Source: Microcystaceae cyanobacterium (GTDB taxonomy: Bacteria > Cyanobacteriota > Cyanobacteriia > Cyanobacteriales > Microcystaceae). Taken from it: a DNA stretch of 40,665 nt. The notes below the pieces were generated by a model. The model made no database searches. It was given only the letters and a program-made list of their open reading frames with translations, and had not been told where the DNA came from. The position numbers and the translations under genes were made by a program. Below are positions 1-8,500 of the stretch, one piece after another. The stretch is from contig JBGTGT010000118.1 of assembly GCA_041746575.1 (NCBI GenBank), positions 1-40,665 of the forward strand, read 5' to 3'. Positions within the stretch are counted from its first letter, which is position 1; every line of letters begins with the position of its first letter.

Positions 1-484
1 AGGTGAAAGTGTCGAAAAGATACAGCAACCTCTCGAAAATATTGCCGAAATTAAAGCGCATTCTCAAACTTATTTATGCCATCTAAGTGAATTAGATAGT
101 AAAGTTACTCAATTAGGTGAAAGTGTCGAAAAGATACAGCAACCTCTCGAAAATATTGCCGAAATTAAAGCGCATTCTCAAACTTATTTATGCCATTTAA
201 GTGAATTAGATAGTAAAGTTACTCAATTAGGTGAAAGTGTCGAAAAGATACAGCAACCTCTCGAAAATATTGCCGAAATTAAAGCGCATTCTCAAACTTA
301 TTTATGCCATCTAAGTGAATTAGATAGTAAAGTTACTCAATTAGGTGAAAGTGTCGAAAAGATAAAGCAACCTCTCGAAAATATTGCCGAAATTAAAGCG
401 CATTCTCAAACTTATTTATGCCATCTAAGTGAATTAGATAGTAAAGTTACTCAATTAGGTGAAAGTGTCGAAAAGATACAGCAA
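1..484 (+). repeat. Intragenic tandem repeat, 114-bp unit, 4 full copies plus a 28-bp partial copy
   Basis: Units start at 1, 115, 229, 343 and 457. Only two differences seen: C>T at 197 (silent) and C>A at 365 (Q>K). The unit encodes GESVEKIQQPLENIAEIKAHSQTYLCHLSELDSKVTQL. Confidence 0.98.
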
Positions 485-1396
485 AACTTTATCTGTGAAT
501 CTCAATTTCTAGCTGAAAATTTAAAAGAGATGGGTCAAGTTTTTGACGAAAAATATCAAAATCAAGAACAAATCCTTAAAAAAGTTTTAAATGCAGTAGA
601 TAGTAAGTTAACAGTGATTAATTCTAATGAAGGCTTATCGAATCCTGAGGTTGGATTAATGTGTTATTTATACTCTTATCTACCTAGCCGTCGCATCATT
701 GATGTTGGTGCAAATATTGGAGATACTTCTAAATATTTACTTAAAACGGGTTACGAGGTTTATGCTTTTGAACCCTTTCCCCCCGTTTTTCAAAAATTAA
801 ATGACAGATTAGGAAGCAACCCTAATTTTCATAGTTTTCCAAATGCAATAGGTTCGGAAAATGGAACCAAAATTTTCCACATTGCTTGTGATAAATCAGA
901 AACAGGTATCTATAAAGATTCTAGTTTATACAGTAGTTTGCTGAAGCATTCGATGCCCGATGATTTACCCTTTATTGACACCATCAGCGTTAATGTCAGA
1001 AGTTTAGCTGACTTACATAATTGCCAAGAAATTCCGACTGATATCGGCTTAGTAAAAATTGACACCGAAGGCTACGATATTGAAGTCATTCGAGGGATGG
1101 AAGGCTATCGTTATCCCGTAGTCATTGCAGAATTTTGGGATACGCAGTTTCCTTTTGGGCGTTTTGGTGCCATGAATCAACTAGAGGGATTAGTCCAAGA
1201 AATGCAGGTGAAAGGCTATAACTGGTATATTGTCATTTATAAAGTTTGGGGAAATGAGCAGTTTACATTTTATTGCAATTATCCCCAATCAGTAGAAAAT
1301 AGCTGGGGCAATGTCTTCTTCTTTCAAGACTATGAAGTATTTTCAAAAGCTTCAATGTGGTGTTCTGCTACCCTTCCTGTTACTTACTTTAACTAA
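2..1396 (+). CDS. FkbM-family SAM-dependent methyltransferase with N-terminal tandem coiled-coil repeats (5' end outside window)
   Basis: The frame from base 2 is open and continuous with the 530..1396 ORF. C-terminal domain has DVGANIG, FEP and KIDTEG FkbM motifs. The ATG at 530 is probably internal. Confidence 0.88.
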   Translation, partial: GESVEKIQQPLENIAEIKAHSQTYLCHLSELDSKVTQLGESVEKIQQPLENIAEIKAHSQTYLCHLSELDSKVTQLGESVEKIQQPLENIAEIKAHSQTYLCHLSELDSKVTQLGESVEKIKQPLENIAEIKAHSQTYLCHLSELDSKVTQLGESVEKIQQNFICESQFLAENLKEMGQVFDEKYQNQEQILKKVLNAVDSKLTVINSNEGLSNPEVGLMCYLYSYLPSRRIIDVGANIGDTSKYLLKTGYEVYAFEPFPPVFQKLNDRLGSNPNFHSFPNAIGSENGTKIFHIACDKSETGIYKDSSLYSSLLKHSMPDDLPFIDTISVNVRSLADLHNCQEIPTDIGLVKIDTEGYDIEVIRGMEGYRYPVVIAEFWDTQFPFGRFGAMNQLEGLVQEMQVKGYNWYIVIYKVWGNEQFTFYCNYPQSVENSWGNVFFFQDYEVFSKASMWCSATLPVTYFN

Positions 1397-1432
1397 CTAC
1401 TACTTCATTTATATTACGATTTAAAATCAGAT

Positions 1433-1500
1433 CCCTCTGGGCGCAAACCTTGCACCCTAACCTCAATCACGTACCTCGTCATGCCGCAAAACGCTGTAAT
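1433..1500. repeat. Dispersed short repeat / MITE-like element with REP-like GGGCGCA..TGCACCC hairpin, copy A
   Basis: Hand alignment with 7359..7427 gives about 56/69 identities. Ends in GCTGTA. Confidence 0.75.
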
Positions 1501-1601
1501 ATAATCCCATTTTCCAAAATAATGAGAGACTTAATTCAAGTCCTTCTCCCCCTGCTCCTCTCAATTAACCATCTCTCTCACGAATAAAGAAAATTGGTAT
1601 A
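1500..1601. repeat. Short element with imperfect terminal inverted repeats (TATA..ATTTTC..TGAGAGA / TCTCTCA..GAAAAT..TATA)
   Basis: Imperfect inverted repeat visible by eye, abutting the previous element. Confidence 0.45.
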
Positions 1602-1842
1602 AGTATTCGTTATTCCTAATCTTGCGCTAAAAAGCCGTCTCCTTTCCTGCAATATTCCTCCTGCTCTAAGAAGGATGATCCTAGATAATATGAAGTTATG
1701 TTATGACTTCTTGATCAAGAAACAGAAATTTTGTCACAATTGATACAGAAAGTTTTAAAAGCTTGTTTTTCGAGTCAGTATAAATTGGCTTAAATCAGCT
1801 TTAAGTCAGAAATAATTAAATTTTTAGTGAAAGGATTGTCTC

Positions 1843-2043
1843 ATGATTAAGGAAGCTCGGCAATATGCTAAGGGAAAACGGGTTAAACTCAAAGATGACT
1901 TAAGTCAAGTGTATATTATCGCTGAATACGACTCGTCCATTGTGCCACCGATATGGCTTGAGAATGATCCCATTCCTCATTATGCCCACGAATTGGTTCT
2001 CTTACCTGCTTTTTCTTACGCTCTAAATCGTCAGTCTGCTTAG
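1843..2043 (+). CDS. Small hypothetical protein (66 aa, possibly SH3/KOW-like)
   Basis: ATG preceded by AAGGA. Isolated ORF in an intergenic gap. Confidence 0.65.
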   Translation: MIKEARQYAKGKRVKLKDDLSQVYIIAEYDSSIVPPIWLENDPIPHYAHELVLLPAFSYALNRQSA

Positions 2044-2150
2044 AGAGAATGAGAGAAAAGGATTACTTTCTGCAAATTCTAAAATCTTTGTTAAACTTGG
2101 GGATAATTAGCTCAACCTTGTCTCAATTTTTATGATGAGTTTTTCCCCTA

Positions 2151-2705
2151 ATGGCAACCTTACTCTCTTCCCCTCTATTGCTCGTCGATGGTTATAACAT
2201 TATCGGTGCTTGGCCGTCGTTAACAAAAGTGCGTGATTCAGACGGATTTGAATTAGCTAGGCGAGAATTGATTGAAATCTTGCTTAATTATACCGCACAC
2301 AAAGGTTATTCAACCCGCATTGTCTTTGATGCCCATTTCCAAAAACAGCCGGCTTCCTGTGAGCAACACACTCCCTATCTTGCCGTTCACTACACGGATT
2401 GGATGCAAGACGCTGATACCTACATTGAAAAATTTTGTGCTACTTGGTCTCGTCAGATAGCCCCTACCTGTCAACGGGTGATGGTTGCCACTTCTGATTA
2501 TGCTCAACGCTTAACCGTACAAGGATATGGCGCAGAATGGATATCCGCTCAACAATTAGCGACGGAAGTGCAGTTAAGTTATCAAACCCTAAGGCGCAAA
2601 CAGCCCGCCTCACCGAAAGGACGACGACAGTTGTTGTTTAATCGCCTCAACCCTAGGACGCAACAACAGTTAACCCAATTCCAAAAAAAATTTTTCCAAA
2701 AGTAG
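2151..2705 (+). CDS. NYN domain ribonuclease, YacP/Rae1 family
   Basis: LLVDGYN, VFDA, ADTYIE and VATSD motifs. Confidence 0.9.
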   Translation: MATLLSSPLLLVDGYNIIGAWPSLTKVRDSDGFELARRELIEILLNYTAHKGYSTRIVFDAHFQKQPASCEQHTPYLAVHYTDWMQDADTYIEKFCATWSRQIAPTCQRVMVATSDYAQRLTVQGYGAEWISAQQLATEVQLSYQTLRRKQPASPKGRRQLLFNRLNPRTQQQLTQFQKKFFQK

Positions 2706-2734
2706 TTGACATCCCCCAAAAGACTTGTTACTAT
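2706..2734 (+). promoter_or_regulatory. Sigma70 promoter of tRNA-Glu
   Basis: TTGACA (2706-2711), 17-nt spacer, TGn-TACTAT (2729-2734), 21 nt before the tRNA. Confidence 0.85.
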
Positions 2735-2755
2735 TATAAACGTGCTAAAAAACAA

Positions 2756-2828
2756 GCCCCCATCGTCTAGTGGCCTAGGACACCTCCCTTTCACGGAGGC
2801 GACAGGGATTCGAATTCCCTTGGGGGTA
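2756..2828 (+). tRNA. trnE: tRNA-Glu(UUC)
   Basis: Acceptor stem GCCCCCA/TGGGGGT, anticodon arm CCTCC-CT TTC AC-GGAGG, T loop TTCGAAT. CCA not encoded. Confidence 0.97.
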
Positions 2829-2851
2829 TCTTAAAAAATACTCTTGTAAGA

Positions 2852-2880
2852 AAGTCAGTCATCTCAAAAGTGGCTTTTTT
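2852..2880 (+). terminator. Possible intrinsic terminator after tRNA-Glu
   Basis: Weak AGTCA/TGGCT stem followed by a T run. Confidence 0.4.
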
Positions 2881-2980
2881 GTATTTAAGTTAAAAATTAA
2901 CTCGATGTCTCGATTTTTCCAGAGATTATTTGCTAATATTCAGGGCATCTTCGCTAATCTCATTTAAAGATTGATTACCA

Positions 2981-3946
2981 ATGAAACATCATTTATTAGC
3001 GTGTGGGTGGGGTGTGGTCAGTTTAACCTTAATCGTAAATATAACTGCTTTTGAGGCAAGTGCTGACGATTTTAGCTTTAATTCTCAGGAAATTATCCCT
3101 ATTATTGAACCCAAAGACTTATCGAGCGAAATCCCTACTTTTATGGTTCAAGGTTCTTCGGGTGTTGTAGGGGATACCTTTTCTGAGGGCAATATTCGGC
3201 AGTTACGGGAGGACTTATTAATTGATCCCTTATCGAGGGATAGATTGCCTTTTCCGCCAACCCCTGCGTCCACTTTGGGTGTACCGACGGCTTATGGGGC
3301 TAATTGGGGTAATGCTTATGTCGGTGCGGCTTTTGCTTCAGCGAATCGTTTAAATGGGGATGCGGATGGTTCTCTTTCTTTGGGTATAGGATTCGGTAAT
3401 GCCCGTGAGGTAGTGGGTTTAGAAGTCGCCTTGGGTATTATCAGTTTACAGGATAGTTTTGGGTCAGATGGGGTAGTTGGCTTCAAACTGCATCGGATTT
3501 TGGACGAAAAAGGCTATTTTGCGGCGGCAGTCGGTTGGGAAAACCTAATTAAATGGGGAAACGCGGGGGATGATATCTTTCGAGGAAGTTCTAAAGATAC
3601 GCTATTTGGAGTTTTTACAGGACGTTTTGATCTTCAACCCGAAAATTTAGCGAATCAACTCCCTTTAACAATTTCTGTCGGCTTAGGGAGTGGCCGCTTT
3701 CGCTCTAAGGGGGCTATTGATGCCAGTGAGCAGAATGTTAATCTCTTTGCCACTGCCGGTTTAAGGGTCATTCCCCAAGTATCGCTGATTAGCACTTGGA
3801 CAGGACAAGAACTGAATTTAGGGACATCTATTGCGCCTTTCGCTAATATTCCGCTTATCATTAACTTAGGAGCGGCCGATGTGACGGGTGTGTTTCCTCA
3901 AGGAACTCGCTTCGTGATGACGGCAGGTTATGCGATTGAATTTTGA
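2981..3946 (+). CDS. Exported protein with probable outer-membrane beta-barrel
   Basis: Signal peptide ending ASA, alternating Gly/hydrophobic strands, and C-terminal GYAIEF BAM-type signature. Confidence 0.75.
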   Translation: MKHHLLACGWGVVSLTLIVNITAFEASADDFSFNSQEIIPIIEPKDLSSEIPTFMVQGSSGVVGDTFSEGNIRQLREDLLIDPLSRDRLPFPPTPASTLGVPTAYGANWGNAYVGAAFASANRLNGDADGSLSLGIGFGNAREVVGLEVALGIISLQDSFGSDGVVGFKLHRILDEKGYFAAAVGWENLIKWGNAGDDIFRGSSKDTLFGVFTGRFDLQPENLANQLPLTISVGLGSGRFRSKGAIDASEQNVNLFATAGLRVIPQVSLISTWTGQELNLGTSIAPFANIPLIINLGAADVTGVFPQGTRFVMTAGYAIEF

Positions 3947-3962
3947 GGTAGGAGTCAATCTG

Positions 3963-4529
3963 ATGAGAAAACTAACATTCTTGGGCTTCGTTGCTTTGTT
4001 GATGCTGGAATTTTCGCCGAACATTGCTCAAGCAGGGTCAGGTGGGGCTGTAGGGGGTAATGATTCCGGTTCTAATTTGGATTCCTCCACGATAACAGGT
4101 GGGACGTTTAATTTTTTGGAAAGTCAATCGGTTGAAAATCCGCTTGGTGAGTCTCCCTTGTTGGACTGTACCCCTGATGAGCAGGGAGGGGTGGACGAAA
4201 ACTGTATTCCTCAATTGTCTCCTCCAGAATTGGCCCAAAAAATCAAGGAAGCTTTAGACTCATCGGAAACAACGGATTTAGGGACGGAATTCTCTCCCCA
4301 AGTGACCTTATTAACTCAATTTATTGCCAATCTAGAAGAATTGACCCAAACCAAGCAGATCAGTGCAACGCAATTTGAGCAGACGATTCAAATGTACAAT
4401 GAAGTCGTGAATTCTTTAACCTCTGAACAGTTGGTTAAGGTGAGTCAGATGCCAGAGGTGCAACAACTCAAATCGTCTTTACTAAAAATTCGCGCCTTAT
4501 TTTACGAGAAAACCACGAATAATCAGTAA
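3963..4529 (+). CDS. Secreted hypothetical protein (Gly/Ser-rich N-terminus, helical C-terminus)
   Basis: ATG 3963 follows GAGGTAGGAG. Signal peptide MRKLTFLG..AQA. Confidence 0.75.
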   Translation: MRKLTFLGFVALLMLEFSPNIAQAGSGGAVGGNDSGSNLDSSTITGGTFNFLESQSVENPLGESPLLDCTPDEQGGVDENCIPQLSPPELAQKIKEALDSSETTDLGTEFSPQVTLLTQFIANLEELTQTKQISATQFEQTIQMYNEVVNSLTSEQLVKVSQMPEVQQLKSSLLKIRALFYEKTTNNQ

Positions 4530-4568
4530 ATAAAGCATCTATCCTCTTTCTCTACAATACCGACTAAA

Positions 4569-5495
4569 ATGACTCTAGAAGACTTAAAAGGAAAAGATAT
4601 CTTAAGTATTGCCGATCTTAGTTCTGCGGACATGGAAGAACTTTTGGACTTGGCAACGCAACTTAAAAGCGGAGAAAAATCGCCTAAATGTAATAAAACG
4701 TTGGGATTATTGTTTTATAAAGCCTCAACCCGTACCCGTGTTTCTTTTACGGTGGCAATGTATCAAATTGGAGGACAAGTGATTGATCTCAATCCTAGTG
4801 TAACGCAAGTCGGACGAGGAGAACCGATTTCAGACACGGCAAGGGTCTTAGATCGCTATTTAGATATTTTGGCGGTTAGAACTTTTAAACAAGAAGATTT
4901 AGAGACTTTTGCCCAATATGCAGATATTCCCATTATTAATGCTCTCAGTGATTTGGAGCATCCCTGTCAGATTTTAGCGGATTTATTGACGATTAAAGAA
5001 GCTTTTGGTCAAACGTCGGGTATTACTTTAACCTATTTAGGAGATGGTAATAATGTTGCTCATTCTTTGATTCTGGGAGGCGCATTGATGGGGATGAAGA
5101 TACGGGTCGCTACACCCGATCATTACAAGCCTGACCCTGAAATTGTGCAAAAAGCACAAGCAATGTCTGTTAAAGGGGCAGAAATCACCTTAACCTCCGA
5201 TCCAATGGCGGCAGTCGACGGATCACAAGTATTGTATACGGATGTCTGGGCAAGTATGGGACAGGAAAACTTAGCAGAAAGCCGAATTCCCCTGTTTCAG
5301 CCCTACCAAATTAATGAAAAGCTCCTTTCTCACGCCGATCCCCATGCAATCGTGTTACACTGTTTGCCGGCTCATCGTGGAGAAGAAATTACGGATCGGG
5401 TAATGGAGAGTCCATCTTCTCGTCTATGGGATCAAGCAGAAAACCGAATGCACGCTCAAAAGGCGTTATTGGTCACTTTATTAGGGATTTTGTAA
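4569..5495 (+). CDS. argF: Ornithine carbamoyltransferase
   Basis: STRT, HPCQ, DVWASMG and HCLP motifs. Confidence 0.97.
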   Translation: MTLEDLKGKDILSIADLSSADMEELLDLATQLKSGEKSPKCNKTLGLLFYKASTRTRVSFTVAMYQIGGQVIDLNPSVTQVGRGEPISDTARVLDRYLDILAVRTFKQEDLETFAQYADIPIINALSDLEHPCQILADLLTIKEAFGQTSGITLTYLGDGNNVAHSLILGGALMGMKIRVATPDHYKPDPEIVQKAQAMSVKGAEITLTSDPMAAVDGSQVLYTDVWASMGQENLAESRIPLFQPYQINEKLLSHADPHAIVLHCLPAHRGEEITDRVMESPSSRLWDQAENRMHAQKALLVTLLGIL

Positions 5496-5566
5496 GATAA
5501 CCACTATGCTCTTTTGTTTGACTCGTGATCCGTTTCCTTTCTTCCGTTAAAAAATGCCTTATTAAT

Positions 5567-6361
5567 TCAATCAATATTAATAGGATTAGGATAATCCTCG
5601 TCCGAAAAATCATTACCACTCATGGGGTGACGATATTGGGTATAAAATTGGTCTCGCCAGTTAAAAAAGATATCGTATGCGCTATTATCGCCTAATCCCG
5701 GAATGCCTTTACCTTTTAGTTCCTCTGGCACAGCTAAATAGTTACCTTTGGGATATTTGAGGACAATGCTTAAACCTGCCACTGCAAAATCCGCCAACGT
5801 GGGCTTATCTCCCACTAAATAGGGGCGATCTTCTAAAATAAGACATAACGCTTCTAATGCCTGTTTGAGTTCTTGGCGGGCGGATTTAATTTCTTCTTTG
5901 CCAAAGCCTACACTAGCCCCTAGTAAATCTAAAAATTCCCGTGGAACTGCTCCTAACATGGATTTTACGACATCGGGTACGGTTTGAGGCAGTAGGGCGG
6001 TGCGAAAGTTAGGATTGTCGTTTAACGCCCCAATTAGGGCTTTACGTCCTTGAAGTCCGATGGTATGATCTGCCCATGTTTCAATCAAGAGACATTGACC
6101 TTTCAGCAGAGGAGTTGAGGGTAAAATCGGTTTGTCTGGATATTCACGCTCTAAATAAAAGGCGATTTCTGTAGAATCGGCGATAATCGTCTCCCCATCT
6201 TTTAAAACAGGGACTTGTCGCTGTCCAGATAATCGAAAGACATCTATTTGTCCGACACCGGGGACAACTTCGATTTTACGATAATTTAAGCCTTTATAAT
6301 CGAGAATGAGGCGAATTTTTTCAGAATACTGGGATAGTTCAAATTGATAGAGTTCTAACAT
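5567..6361 (-). CDS. Glutathione S-transferase family protein
   Basis: N-terminal thioredoxin-like domain with QVPVL..DSTEI, and C-terminal PTLAD motif. Confidence 0.9.
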   Translation of the reverse strand: MLELYQFELSQYSEKIRLILDYKGLNYRKIEVVPGVGQIDVFRLSGQRQVPVLKDGETIIADSTEIAFYLEREYPDKPILPSTPLLKGQCLLIETWADHTIGLQGRKALIGALNDNPNFRTALLPQTVPDVVKSMLGAVPREFLDLLGASVGFGKEEIKSARQELKQALEALCLILEDRPYLVGDKPTLADFAVAGLSIVLKYPKGNYLAVPEELKGKGIPGLGDNSAYDIFFNWRDQFYTQYRHPMSGNDFSDEDYPNPINID

Positions 6362-6652
6362 TATTTTGAGAAAAATTTTCCAGTTTACTTAGGGTTTTCT
6401 AGAGGCGATATCCACTCATAAGAGTAGCATAAGCAGGACAATAGCTAAACCCTTTTGATCGAGTTTGACCGAGGCTCTTGTCAGCCGCCCTCTTCCTCAT
6501 ATTGTTCTTGCCTTAAGCATACTGCCTACACACTCAAATAAATCCCAAAAAAGCTTTAAATTTGAGTTAATTTATCTCTACTCGCGGATTGATTAATCCC
6601 TTCTCCGGAGGATAAACTTTCCTCTAAACTGTCTTCTTATCTCAAATCTAAA

Positions 6653-7297
6653 ATGGCAATGATTTCCGAGCCGAATCCTAATACGTTATATCCTCTTTTT
6701 CCCGATCAAAATTTATGTTTTCTGAAGAACTTAGTCAAAAACCCTCGTATTGTTGTTGGTGATTTTACTTATTACGATGATTTCGATAACCCAGAAAACT
6801 TTGAGAAAAACGTCCTTTATCACTTTGATTTTATTGGCGATAAACTCATCATTGGGAAGTTTTGTGCTATTGCCAGTCACGTAAAATTTATGATGAATGG
6901 GGGAAATCATCATCTTTCCCATTTTACAACTTATCCTTTCACAATTTTTGGTCAAGGGTGGCAACAGGCAACCACAGAGGCTTGGCCTCACAAAGGCGAT
7001 ACCCAGATTGGCAATGATGTTTGGTTAGGGTATAATGCGGTGATTATGCCCGGTATTACGATCGGCGATGGTGCCGTTATTGCCGCTCATTCAGTCGTTA
7101 CGAAAGATGTCGAACCTTACAGTATTGTAGGAGGCAATCCTGCAAAATTCATCAGAAAACGGTTTGATGAAGAAATCATCAATTTATTATTAAAATTACA
7201 ATGGTGGCATTGGTCAGTAGAAAAAATCACCCAACATTTACCCACTCTTTGCAGTCATAATTTACAATCGCTCAAACAACTGGCGGAAGGATTGTAA
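6653..7297 (+). CDS. Vat/CatB-related xenobiotic O-acetyltransferase
   Basis: Hexapeptide repeats, [23 protein letters not shown] and WW motif. Confidence 0.9.
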   Translation: MAMISEPNPNTLYPLFPDQNLCFLKNLVKNPRIVVGDFTYYDDFDNPENFEKNVLYHFDFIGDKLIIGKFCAIASHVKFMMNGGNHHLSHFTTYPFTIFGQGWQQATTEAWPHKGDTQIGNDVWLGYNAVIMPGITIGDGAVIAAHSVVTKDVEPYSIVGGNPAKFIRKRFDEEIINLLLKLQWWHWSVEKITQHLPTLCSHNLQSLKQLAEGL

Positions 7298-7326
7298 TCA
7301 TTCTTCAATGCCATCACCCGGCCTAA

Positions 7327-7425
7327 TATAGCAAATTGTGAGTTAATAATTATCTTACCCCTCTGAGCGCAAACCTTGCTCCCTTGCCATCAATCCTGTA
7401 CCTTCTCAAGTCGTGAAACGCTGTA
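7327..7425. mobile_element. MITE-like element, copy B (TATAGC...GCTGTA ends, internal REP-like hairpin)
   Basis: About 81% identical to 1433..1500 over 69 nt. Left end TATAGCAA matches the IS630-like end at 40420. Confidence 0.65.
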
Positions 7426-7537
7426 ATTTGTCATCAAATTAGTCAGTCGGTGTTAATCAACCTAAAATGAAAGATGGGTTATTTTTGGTTTTCGATTAAA
7501 TTACATTTTGCTCCCTAACCCAAACTAGGATTACGAT

Positions 7538-8449
7538 ATGATAAAGTGGTTAAACAATAAGCTAGTTGCTCAATCTCGTCGCAAGCGTAATCTTAAATAT
7601 CTTCGGACTTCTCAAAAAAACACTAAAGTTGATTTGTTTCATCCAGCTACTCATGATCTTTATCATTGGTTACTGTCTTTACGTTGGCGATATTTTTTAC
7701 TTTTAATTACTCTTTTTTATGGCAGTATTAACGTCCTGTTTGCTCTTGCCTTTTTAACCACGGGAAATGGCATTGCTAATGCCCAGTCAGGTTCATTTAA
7801 AGATGCTTTTTTCTTCAGCATTCAAACCCTATCTACTGTCGGCTATGGCTCAATGTACCCTGAGAGTTTATATGCCCAACTTCTCGTTAGCTTTGAAACA
7901 TGGTTAGGGTTGTTATTACTGACAATTTTAACCGGATTAATGTATGCTCGTTTTTCCCGCCCCACTGCTAAAGTTGTCTTTAGCGATGTCATGGTAATTT
8001 GTCCTCATAATGGCCTTTTAACCTTGATGTTTCGCACTGCTAATCGACGAGAAAATCGCATTTTAGAAGCCCAAGTTCAAGTGAGTTTACTCAAGAATGA
8101 AATGAGCGCAGAAGGATATCAACTGAGAAGATTTTATAATTTAAAATTATTGCGATCGCAAACCCCAATTTTTGCCTTAAGCTGGTTAGTAATGCACCCT
8201 ATTGATGAAGATAGTCCTCTCCATGGGGAAACCATGACTACGTTAGCGCAGAAAAATGCCGAAATCTGGGTTGCTTTAACGGGAATTGACGAAACGTTCT
8301 CCCAAACGATTCATGCCCGTCATGGATATACGCTATCAGAAGTCTTACCGAATCACCGCTTTGTGGATATTTTCACCCACACCCCCGAAGGAGAAACCTA
8401 TATTGATTTGAGTCGTTTTCATGAGGTTATCTCAAACTCGGCTGAATAA
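7538..8449 (+). CDS. Inward rectifier K+ channel (KirBac type)
   Basis: TLSTVGYG filter, two TM helices, ARFSRP and cytoplasmic Kir domain. Confidence 0.93.
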   Translation: MIKWLNNKLVAQSRRKRNLKYLRTSQKNTKVDLFHPATHDLYHWLLSLRWRYFLLLITLFYGSINVLFALAFLTTGNGIANAQSGSFKDAFFFSIQTLSTVGYGSMYPESLYAQLLVSFETWLGLLLLTILTGLMYARFSRPTAKVVFSDVMVICPHNGLLTLMFRTANRRENRILEAQVQVSLLKNEMSAEGYQLRRFYNLKLLRSQTPIFALSWLVMHPIDEDSPLHGETMTTLAQKNAEIWVALTGIDETFSQTIHARHGYTLSEVLPNHRFVDIFTHTPEGETYIDLSRFHEVISNSAE

Positions 8450-8500
8450 GGCTACTTACGAGTGAGGAGAGAGTAGTGACTCGTAATCCGTTTATTCTCT

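Noticed and set aside
1..484. Repeat array as a CRISPR
   Set aside because: Units are contiguous 114-bp copies without unique spacers, are a multiple of 3, and are in frame with a gene.
530..1396. ATG 530 as the gene start
   Set aside because: The frame is open back to base 2 through the repeats.
2582..2794. 70-aa minus-strand ORF
   Set aside because: Antisense to tRNA-Glu and the NYN gene.
2756..4529. tRNA-anchored integrated island
   Set aside because: No integrase and no duplicated tRNA 3' end seen in the window.
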